From Propionicimonas sp. (GTDB lineage Bacteria; Actinomycetota; Actinomycetes; Propionibacteriales; Propionibacteriaceae), in assembly GCA_031119515.1 (NCBI GenBank), contig JAVHXR010000001.1, positions 1-34,596 on the forward strand: a stretch of DNA of 34,596 nt, written 5' to 3'. A program made the position numbers and the translations under genes. Numbering within the stretch: the stretch's first letter is position 1; each line of letters begins with the position of its first letter. A model generated the notes under the pieces. The model was not told the DNA's origin and did not search any database. It saw only the letters and a list, made by a program, of their open reading frames with translations. This document shows, one piece after another, positions 26,338 through 34,066 of the stretch.

Positions 26338-27413
26338 CACCGTCCCTCCAACCCGGGAAGCTCCTCCAGGAGCCGGACATAGTCCCACGCCATGTCGTAG
26401 GCCGTGTACTCGCCTGCGAACCGTCGGGCTGATCGTCCGGGCCTGCTGGTGGGCCGACCGAGCGCGGCAACGATCGCCTCCGCCAGTGACTCAGCGGCTC
26501 TCGCTCCCGGGCTGAAGAACGTGACCCAGTCCTCACCCTCCAGCGCGCCGACGAGATGCGGCTCGGCGGGAAGGATGCACGGCTTCCCGTAGGTCGCCGA
26601 CAACAGCAGGCTGCCGGAGTTGAGGATGCGCTGGTAGGGGAAGGCCATCACGTCGCAGGCGCTGAACCAGCGCCCGAGGTCCGCATCCGGTACGAACGAA
26701 TGCCGGCTGACGACCGGGACGCCGGCGGGCATCAGCTTGTCGAGTTCGGCCTTGTGGGCGGGGTCGGTCCGACCGGCTAGCAGGAGCGTCAGCCCGTCCA
26801 CCTCCCGGGCGGCGAGGCCGACCGCCGCAAGGAGGGTCTCGATCCCCTTGTAGGGCCGGATCCGGCCGACGAAGCCGACCGTGCGCCGGGTCGGGGCGAG
26901 GTCGAACGACTCCCGCGCGTCCTGCCGGGACGGGGCCGGCGGGTAGATCCCGAGGTAGCTGGCGTGCCGCAGTGTCCGAACCTTGTGCGTGGGGACGAGG
27001 TAGAACTCTCGTGCCGCCGCGACGGTGCACGGGTTGAGCTGGATGACGGCTGTCGCCCGGTCGGCGAGGAACTCTGCCAACTCGACCTCGAGGTCGGGGT
27101 AGCGGGAGTCGTGGGCGACCAGGTTGTGGATGGTCCACACCAGCCGCACGCCCTCCCGGAGCGCGGCATCGACGGCACCGCGGAACGCGTCGAGAGCGGC
27201 GCGGGCATCCCGGGCGGTCGCCTGGGCATCGCAGACCGGCGAGGTCCAGTGGAGGTGGAAGACGTCTCCGCCGCGAAGCCCGGCCAGGCCGGGGAGCAGG
27301 CCGGGGAGGTCGATCGACCCGTCCACCTGCCAGCCCTCGGCCCGCGCGCCGAGGTACAGCATGTTCAGGTAGGGATTCTCCCGCCAGTCCGGGAAGACGT
27401 GGATGACGCCCAT
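26337..27413 (-). CDS. GT-B glycosyltransferase (GT4-like, GumI-like)
   Basis: ENPYLNML, FHLHW, WTIHNL..HD, GRIRPYKG, LNSGSLLLS; TGATG overlap with the upstream gene. Confidence 0.85.
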   Translation of the reverse strand: MGVIHVFPDWRENPYLNMLYLGARAEGWQVDGSIDLPGLLPGLAGLRGGDVFHLHWTSPVCDAQATARDARAALDAFRGAVDAALREGVRLVWTIHNLVAHDSRYPDLEVELAEFLADRATAVIQLNPCTVAAAREFYLVPTHKVRTLRHASYLGIYPPAPSRQDARESFDLAPTRRTVGFVGRIRPYKGIETLLAAVGLAAREVDGLTLLLAGRTDPAHKAELDKLMPAGVPVVSRHSFVPDADLGRWFSACDVMAFPYQRILNSGSLLLSATYGKPCILPAEPHLVGALEGEDWVTFFSPGARAAESLAEAIVAALGRPTSRPGRSARRFAGEYTAYDMAWDYVRLLEELPGLEGR

Positions 27414-28972
27414 CAGTCCACCTCCGGGTGCCGGGTGGTGAGGTCGAGTCCCCACGGCGGAGGCGGCGCGTCCCACCAGCCGGGGAAGCCGGACAGCGTC
27501 GGGCTCGCCGTCGCGAGCACGGCCAGCCGCTCCTCGCCGTCGAGCAGCGCGTCCACAGCCCAGGCCGAGCCCTGCAGTTCCTCGGTGGGTACCGCGACGG
27601 TGACCTCGACCGACCACTGTCCGGCATTCATCGAGAAGATCGGCGCGGCGGCTGCCACGACCCGGCCCTCCCGGCTGGTGAACCGGATCTCCACCCGGTG
27701 CAGGGCGTTGGTGAGGTGGCCGGTCCGCAGCGCGATGGTCGCCACGAGTGCGGAGCCGACCTGGGCGCGCTGCAGCACCGCGTGCGGCCCGGTCCGAACC
27801 AGCCAGCGCCAGCGCAGGAACAACTCCGGGCGGTCGTCCGCCAGGCACCTCAGTGCCTCGTCCGCTGCGGTGGAGGTCGGCCCGAGATCGCGCAGCAGGC
27901 CGGTGTACCAGTGGGCCTCGGCCGCGAACGCGGCAAGGTACGGGGCGGCCGCGGGGGCGTCGTCCCGTAGTGGATCCGGGCTTCCGGAGTCCAGCGCGAG
28001 ATCGGCCAGCGCCGAGAGCCGTGGCAGCCGCTGCTGGAGGAACTCGTCGACCTCCTGCTCGGCGGTGGGTGGCGTCCGTGCCATCACCCGGGCCCAGGCG
28101 TCCAGGATGACCCGCTCCGACCGGACGGGGGCGGCGGCAGCTTGTGCCGCGCGCCCGGACCACAGGTCGCGGGGGAACGCCTCGAACAGCAGGTCGAGAT
28201 CGGCACGGACAGGCTCGTGGCCACCGAGCCGGAGCGCGTCGGCCAGGTCGGACGCGATCACGGTTCCGGGCCGTCCGGTGCCCGCCAGGTAGTCGCGGTA
28301 CTTGAACGGGTGCTCGACGGTGGAGGTCACGAGCCGCGCCGGGATGCCCAGCGCGTCCGCCACCACGATGGCGTGAAGGGAGTTCCCGACCACGAACTCG
28401 CTCTGGGCCACCGCGTGCAGGACATGATCCAGCGGTGCGGTCGGGTCGATCACGGGGAGCCCGAGAGCGTGGGCCTCGGCCGACGTCCCGGGAAGGTCGT
28501 TGAGGTTCGGCACCACGACGGCCGCGTGCTGCTTGCGCGAGGCCCAGTCGAGCAACTCGGGGTGAAGCCTCGGCAGGAGCAGCGCCGGGTCACCGAAGAC
28601 CTCGGGCACCACGACACCGTGTGCCGCGAGCGCTCGCGCGGTGAGCGGCCCGCGCACCGCGCGGACGTCGAGCCGGTCGGTGGCGCGAGGCATGGGATCA
28701 GGCACTTTGAAATTGATCCCGCTGCCCCAGACGACGGCCGGCCCGGTGACGAAGTGGAGCACCGACCCAGCCGTGAACAGGGTGGGCCCGTCTCCGGGCG
28801 CCGGCCGCAGCGACACGGCCGGCCCGGCCAGCCTCTCCACGAGGTACTCCGCGAGGAGGTCGCCGAAGTTGTTGACGAGACTCGGGAGGCCATCCTGACC
28901 GGTGCGTGCCGGGTTCCAGGCGAAGACCTCGACGCCGCCCACTCGTCGTGACAGCGAGAAACCTGCGTTCAC
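27413..28972 (-). CDS. Polysaccharide pyruvyltransferase (GumL/ExoV-like) with long C-terminal extension
   Basis: NNFGDLL, GSVLHF, VWGSG, AVRGPLT, GDPALL, SLHAIVVADALGIP, FKYRDY; GGAGG RBS and GTGA overlap. Confidence 0.9.
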   Translation of the reverse strand: MNAGFSLSRRVGGVEVFAWNPARTGQDGLPSLVNNFGDLLAEYLVERLAGPAVSLRPAPGDGPTLFTAGSVLHFVTGPAVVWGSGINFKVPDPMPRATDRLDVRAVRGPLTARALAAHGVVVPEVFGDPALLLPRLHPELLDWASRKQHAAVVVPNLNDLPGTSAEAHALGLPVIDPTAPLDHVLHAVAQSEFVVGNSLHAIVVADALGIPARLVTSTVEHPFKYRDYLAGTGRPGTVIASDLADALRLGGHEPVRADLDLLFEAFPRDLWSGRAAQAAAAPVRSERVILDAWARVMARTPPTAEQEVDEFLQQRLPRLSALADLALDSGSPDPLRDDAPAAAPYLAAFAAEAHWYTGLLRDLGPTSTAADEALRCLADDRPELFLRWRWLVRTGPHAVLQRAQVGSALVATIALRTGHLTNALHRVEIRFTSREGRVVAAAAPIFSMNAGQWSVEVTVAVPTEELQGSAWAVDALLDGEERLAVLATASPTLSGFPGWWDAPPPPWGLDLTTRHPEVD

Positions 28973-30573
28973 CGGCGGTCCTCCCAACGGCTCGGCACCG
29001 GGTAGCAGCCGGTGAAGAACGCCCGCAGCGCGGCGTCCACCTTGCCCCGTGCCCGTGGGTCACCCTCGCCGGAGTCGTTGATGCACAGGCACTGCATCCC
29101 GCGCCGGTGGAGCCACAACTCCAGGGTGGTGGCGGCATCCCGGGAGGCGAGGTCGAGGTAGCCGTAGGTCACCCGGCCGGTGACGGCCGCACCCTCGGCG
29201 AAGGCGTAGTACTGGCTGAGCGAACTCGGCAGGGCCCGGTCGTCGTGGCTTCGGAACCGGGACCCCATCACCGCACGGAACACCTCGGGACGGGCCTCCT
29301 CGAACGCGGCCAGCAGCCGGCGCGACTGCGGCTGCGGGGTGTGACGGAGCTTGTTGGTGATCGTCTGCGACCAGGCCCGCTCGACCAGGTCACGGTTGTT
29401 CTTCGCCGCGGCCGTCACCGCGAGGTCGTCGAGCGAGTGGTCGTCCAGGTCGATCACGGCGGGCGAGGTGAAGAACTTCCCCACCCCGTTGCCGTGGAAG
29501 AAGTCCTCAGGCCGTACCGGGGCGCCGAACAGCATGTCGTCGTTGAGGTACAGGTACTGGTCGGCCAGGCCGGGGATGTGGTGCAGCTGGGACTCGATCG
29601 CGTGCGAGTTGAACACCGGCAGCACCGACGGGTCGGCGAAGATCTCGCTGTGGTCCACCACCCGCAGCCGCTCGTCCTGACGCAGCCAGGACGGCACCTG
29701 CCGGTCGGTCACCACCCAGATCCGTCGCACCCAGTTGGCGTACATCTCGACCGAGCGGAGCGAATAGCGCAGCTCGTCGCGACTCTCGAACCGGGCGTCG
29801 ATGGCGGCGTCGGCGCTGTACGAGGCGGTCGTCCCGGCTCCGAGGGCCGCGGCCTTGCGGGCCAGCCAGGCGGGGTCGGAGCCGTCCACCCAGGTGTAGA
29901 CCAGGTCGATCGGCTCGATCACGGTCAGCAGGTGGGGATGGTCGCCCGGCAGGCGGTGGCCGTTGGCCTGGATGGCCGGCCACAGCCGGGTCCCGGCGTG
30001 GTCGATGACACCGTTCGGGCGGGTCGCCCGGAGGGTCCCCTTCGGGGCGAGGCCACCGCCCGTGGTGGGGGTGTCCTGCTGCAACTCGGTCCAGAACTCC
30101 AGCACCACCCCGAGTTCGGCATGGACGAGGGCATCTCCCGCCGGGCTCACAAGGTTGGCGGTGACGACGACAGAGCTGTAGCCCGGCAGCAGCCAGTGCC
30201 GCCACCCGATCGGCCTTGCCCGGCCGACCGTGTCCAGCCGGGTGGTCGCCAGCCACCATCCCCGCCGGCGGCCGTGTCGGGCGAGGATCGACAGCACCTC
30301 ACCGCGCTGGCTGCGGCGCAGGATCACCCGCGGCAGCGGGAGCGGCCGCCGCGCCAGCACCAGGTGCTCGATGGCGTGGTCGTCCAGGACGCGCGAGATC
30401 TCGGCCGCCAGGTCGTCGAGGTAGGCCCAGGAGTCGAACCTGTCGACCACCCGGAACGGACGACGCAGGCCGCGTGGCAGCGTCCGCCACGACCAGCGCC
30501 CAAGCCGCCTGCCCGCCCTGAGCGCGGACGCGTACCACCCGCGCAGGCGGGTGCGAAGGGAGGCGCCCCTCAT
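28969..30573 (-). CDS. Stealth-family hexose-1-phosphate transferase (CpsY-like), paralog 2
   Basis: CR1 PIDLVYTWVDGSDPAW, CR2 ELRYSLRS..FNSHAIE..YLNDD, CR3 HTPQP, CR4 LCIND; ATGA overlap. Confidence 0.93.
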   Translation of the reverse strand: MRGASLRTRLRGWYASALRAGRRLGRWSWRTLPRGLRRPFRVVDRFDSWAYLDDLAAEISRVLDDHAIEHLVLARRPLPLPRVILRRSQRGEVLSILARHGRRRGWWLATTRLDTVGRARPIGWRHWLLPGYSSVVVTANLVSPAGDALVHAELGVVLEFWTELQQDTPTTGGGLAPKGTLRATRPNGVIDHAGTRLWPAIQANGHRLPGDHPHLLTVIEPIDLVYTWVDGSDPAWLARKAAALGAGTTASYSADAAIDARFESRDELRYSLRSVEMYANWVRRIWVVTDRQVPSWLRQDERLRVVDHSEIFADPSVLPVFNSHAIESQLHHIPGLADQYLYLNDDMLFGAPVRPEDFFHGNGVGKFFTSPAVIDLDDHSLDDLAVTAAAKNNRDLVERAWSQTITNKLRHTPQPQSRRLLAAFEEARPEVFRAVMGSRFRSHDDRALPSSLSQYYAFAEGAAVTGRVTYGYLDLASRDAATTLELWLHRRGMQCLCINDSGEGDPRARGKVDAALRAFFTGCYPVPSRWEDRR

Positions 30574-32195
30574 GCGACCGCCCGCTCGAACGGGCTGGGG
30601 ATCGGGAAGTACCGCGCGAGGAAGGTCGTGACGGCCTCGGAGTCGACAGCGTCCCCGCCGCCGACGTCGTTGAGGCAGAAGCAGTCCTGGTCGCGGTCGG
30701 CGAGCAGGCCGTCGTAGTGCTCGGGGGCGTGGACGGAAGCGATGTCGACATACCGGAAGTCCAGGTGCCCGACGACCGCCCGTCCGTTGGCAAAGGCCCA
30801 GTAGTGGCCCAGGTCGGAGGCGACCGACACGTCCTCGACGCTGCGGAAGCGGGAGCGGACGGTGCCGGCGATCAGGTCGGGGTGGCGCCGCTCCAGTTCC
30901 GCCAGCGAGCTCCGCAGGTGCGGGTGGGGGATGTGCTGCATCCGGTGGCTGACGGTGCGCCCCGTCACCCGTTCGAGGAAGCGCTGGTTGCGGCGCGCCG
31001 CATGCATCGCGCCGTTGCACTCCGGGTGCCCGGGGTCGCGGCAGATCGCTATCGGGGAGACTGCGAACTTGGCGATCCCGTTGCCGTGGAAGAACAGTTC
31101 CGGACGGACCGGGCGGCCGAAGAAGACGTCGTCGTTGAGGTAGAGGAAGTGCTCCGCCAGCCCCGGGATGCGGTGCAACTGGGCCTCGATGGCGTGGGAG
31201 TTGAAGGTCGGCAGCGCTTCGGCGTCGGCGAAGATCTCGCGGTGGCTGACGACCGTCAACCGTTCGTCCGCCGCCAGCCAGTCCGGCACCTGGCCATCGG
31301 TCACCAGCCAGATGTGGCGGACCCAGCCGGCATACATCGCCACCGACCGCAGCGAGTACCGCAGCTCGTCGTGGGAGCGGGTGCGGGCCGGGTCGAGGGC
31401 GTCCGCAGCCAGCCCCCCAGACGGCCGGACGGACGCCCGACGCGCCTGCCAGGCCGGATCGCTCGCATCCACCCAGGTGTAGACGATGTCGATCGGCTCG
31501 TGCAGGTCGAGCAGGTGGGGCGGGGTGCCAGGACGCACCCGGCGGTCGGTGCGCTGCTGCGCCTCCTGCCACAGGGCTGGCGAGAGGTAGGCCGCGACCG
31601 GGTTGCGCACCGGGGCGATCCGGGTGCCGGGGGCGTGCCGGCCGCCGTCCTGGCGATGCGCACCCGATCGCCCGACCGTCGACCAGAACTGCAACCGGAC
31701 GGCGAGATCGGCACCGGCGACCAGGTCGCCTCCCGGCCCGGCGAGGAGCCGGAAGACCCGCAGGTCGTCCCCGCGCACGCCCGCGGCGGCCGGATCGGCA
31801 AGCACCCGGGCGCGGGCGGCGTCGCCGGACACCAGCCAGCCGTCCGCCCCGTCCGCCGCCCCCAGGGCGGCGAGCGCAGCGCGTCGCTGCTCGGCCGGCA
31901 CCGCGAGCAGGATCTGTCCGGCGCGTTCGAGCCGGACGACCTCGACCCCGGCGCCGGCCAGCGCGGCACGCAGCTCGGCGGCGAACCCGTCCAGGGACCG
32001 CCAGGCGTCGAAGCTGGTGAGTCGTTGCGGCCGGACGCCGCGCGGCAGCCGGATCCGGGGGACACTCGACCCGGTGAGCCCCGCCGAGGCCGCCAGCCAG
32101 CGGGCGGTGCGGCGCACCGGGGCAGGAAGCGACCTGCCGGCAGCGATAACCCGACGAACTCCCCGTTGCCGGATCGGTCGGTACGGCCGCCGCAT
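30570..32195 (-). CDS. Stealth-family hexose-1-phosphate transferase (CpsY-like), paralog 1
   Basis: PIDIVYTWVD, ELRYSLRS, FNSHAIE, FLYLNDDVFFGRP, HIPHP, FCLND; ATG32195 chosen, start uncertain. Confidence 0.92.
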   Translation of the reverse strand: MRRPYRPIRQRGVRRVIAAGRSLPAPVRRTARWLAASAGLTGSSVPRIRLPRGVRPQRLTSFDAWRSLDGFAAELRAALAGAGVEVVRLERAGQILLAVPAEQRRAALAALGAADGADGWLVSGDAARARVLADPAAAGVRGDDLRVFRLLAGPGGDLVAGADLAVRLQFWSTVGRSGAHRQDGGRHAPGTRIAPVRNPVAAYLSPALWQEAQQRTDRRVRPGTPPHLLDLHEPIDIVYTWVDASDPAWQARRASVRPSGGLAADALDPARTRSHDELRYSLRSVAMYAGWVRHIWLVTDGQVPDWLAADERLTVVSHREIFADAEALPTFNSHAIEAQLHRIPGLAEHFLYLNDDVFFGRPVRPELFFHGNGIAKFAVSPIAICRDPGHPECNGAMHAARRNQRFLERVTGRTVSHRMQHIPHPHLRSSLAELERRHPDLIAGTVRSRFRSVEDVSVASDLGHYWAFANGRAVVGHLDFRYVDIASVHAPEHYDGLLADRDQDCFCLNDVGGGDAVDSEAVTTFLARYFPIPSPFERAVA

Positions 32196-32302
32196 GCCCT
32201 CGCGCTCTCTAACGTGTCTACCAGTCTCGATTTGGAGTATCGCACAGGCGACGATGTCCGGGCGGACATCGCCATGCCTGGGCGGGCAATCGCTTGCCGA
32301 TA

Positions 32303-32370
32303 CGGGGGGTCCCCCACCCCCGGTGGTCGGGGATTCCCCCATTCAGCCGAGGGGCGGGGAGACCTAGGGT
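32303..32370 (+). promoter_or_regulatory. Activator-type promoter of the fba operon: two CGGGG-NN-TCCCCCA boxes plus -10 TAGGGT
   Basis: CGGGGGGTCCCCCA (32303-32316), CGGGGATTCCCCCA (32328-32341), TAGGGT (32365-32370). Confidence 0.6.
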
Positions 32371-32428
32371 GACAGCGTCGGCCGGTGGCACCGGTCGGCG
32401 ATCCGCTCAACGTCGAGAGGGGCACTCG

Positions 32429-33286
32429 TTGCCTGTCACGCCACTGGCCGACATCCTGCGGCCTGCCTTCGAGCAGCGCTACGGCGTCCCGGCCATCAAC
32501 ATCGTCAACGACCTGACCCTGGAGAACGTCCTCGCCGGCGCCGTCGAGGCGCGGTCGCCGATCATTGTGCAGACCTCGGTCAAGACCGTGAAGTCGATCG
32601 GTGCCCCCGTGCTGTACGCCATGTGGGCGGCGATGACACGAGGGATCGAGGTGCCGGCCTGCCTCCACCTCGACCACTGCCCGGAGCGAGCGGTGATCAG
32701 CGAGTGCCTGGCCGAGGGCTGGAACTCTGTACTGTTCGACGCCTCCCAGCTGCCGGTCGAGGAGAACCAGCGCCAGACCGTCGAGGTGGTGGCCGAGGCA
32801 CGCCGCTACGGCGCCCACGTCGAGGGCGAGATCGAGTCGATCACCGGACAGGAGGACGGGATCGGGTCCGACGAGGAGTCGCGCCGGCAGACCGCGGAGG
32901 TGACCCTCGCCTACCTGCGCGCGACCGGAGTCGACGTGTTCGCGCCCGCCATCGGCAACGCCCACGGACGGTACAAGCGGGCTCCGATCCTCGACTTCCA
33001 GCGGGTCAGCGACCTCGTCGCCGCTCACCCGATCCCGATGGCGCTGCACGGTGGCTCCGGCCTCTCCGACGAGCAGTTCCAGGACCTGATCGCCCGCGGC
33101 TGCGCGAAGGTCAACATCTCGACCGCGCTGAAGGAGGTCTTCATGCAGTCGAGCCTGGCGTTCCTGAAGTCTGCAGAGGCCGCCGACAAGTGGGATCCGC
33201 CGTCGCTGTTCACGGCGGTGGCGGCCGACGTCCGCGCGCTCACGGTCGGCTACGCCGGCGTGTTCGGCAGCGCCGGGAAGGCCTGA
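32429..33286 (+). CDS. fba: Class II fructose/ketose-bisphosphate aldolase
   Basis: HLDH, SVLFDAS, EGEI, AIGNAHG, ALHGGSG, KVNIST; TTG start after a GAGAGGGG RBS; substrate not certain. Confidence 0.88.
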   Translation: MPVTPLADILRPAFEQRYGVPAINIVNDLTLENVLAGAVEARSPIIVQTSVKTVKSIGAPVLYAMWAAMTRGIEVPACLHLDHCPERAVISECLAEGWNSVLFDASQLPVEENQRQTVEVVAEARRYGAHVEGEIESITGQEDGIGSDEESRRQTAEVTLAYLRATGVDVFAPAIGNAHGRYKRAPILDFQRVSDLVAAHPIPMALHGGSGLSDEQFQDLIARGCAKVNISTALKEVFMQSSLAFLKSAEAADKWDPPSLFTAVAADVRALTVGYAGVFGSAGKA

Positions 33287-33287
33287 C

Positions 33288-34052
33288 ATGCCGGCCCTGG
33301 TCTTCGACTGCGACGGGGTGCTCGCCGACACCGAGCGGGACGGGCACCTGCCGGCCTTCAACGCGGCCTTCGCCGAGGTCGGGTTGCCGATCCGGTGGAG
33401 CGAGGCGGATTACGCGGTGAAGCTGCGGGTCGGCGGCGGCAAGGAGCGGATCGCGTCCGCGTTCACCCCGGAGCTGGACGAGGCGGCCGGGGTCTCATCC
33501 GACGACGAGCGCTCCGCATGGATCGCCCGGCTGCACAAGCGCAAGACGGCCCTCTTCACCGAGCGCGTGGAGGGCGGCCTGCTGCCCGGGCGACCCGGCA
33601 TCCGCCGGCTCATCGCCGACGCCCTGGCAGCCGGCTGGACGGTCGCTGTCGCATCCACCTCGGCCGAGGCGTCCGTCCGCGCCGTCCTCAGGTACGCCGC
33701 CGGCGAGGACTCCTACCCGCACTGCCACGTCTTTGCCGGCGACATCGTCGCAGCCAAGAAGCCCGCCCCCGACATCTACCTCAAGGTGCTCGCCGACCTC
33801 GCCCTCGATCCCGCCGACTGCGTGGTGGTGGAGGACTCGGGTATCGGTGTCGCGGCGGCGGTGGCCGCCGGCCTCGTCACCGTCGTCACCGTCAGTTCGT
33901 TCACCGCCGACGACGACTTCACGGGCGCGGCCCTCGTGTTGAGCGACCTCGGGGACCCCGGCTCGCCTCCCACCGTGCTGGCCGCCCCCGCCGGCTTCGT
34001 CCCCGGCGACTTCGTCACGCTCGACGACCTCGCCGTCCTGATCTCCCACTGA
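33288..34052 (+). CDS. HAD-IA hydrolase, CbbY-like sugar phosphatase
   Basis: FDCDGVLADTERDGH..AFN, GGGKER, AVASTS, KKPAPDIY, VVEDS. Confidence 0.88.
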   Translation: MPALVFDCDGVLADTERDGHLPAFNAAFAEVGLPIRWSEADYAVKLRVGGGKERIASAFTPELDEAAGVSSDDERSAWIARLHKRKTALFTERVEGGLLPGRPGIRRLIADALAAGWTVAVASTSAEASVRAVLRYAAGEDSYPHCHVFAGDIVAAKKPAPDIYLKVLADLALDPADCVVVEDSGIGVAAAVAAGLVTVVTVSSFTADDDFTGAALVLSDLGDPGSPPTVLAAPAGFVPGDFVTLDDLAVLISH

Positions 34053-34066
34053 AGCAAGGAGCAACC

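Noticed and set aside
30574-31572. 867-aa Stealth ORF suggesting a frameshift fusion of the two paralogs
   Set aside because: The extension is an off-frame reading of the upstream paralog; a clean ATGA overlap at 30570-30573 explains the junction and no slippery site was seen
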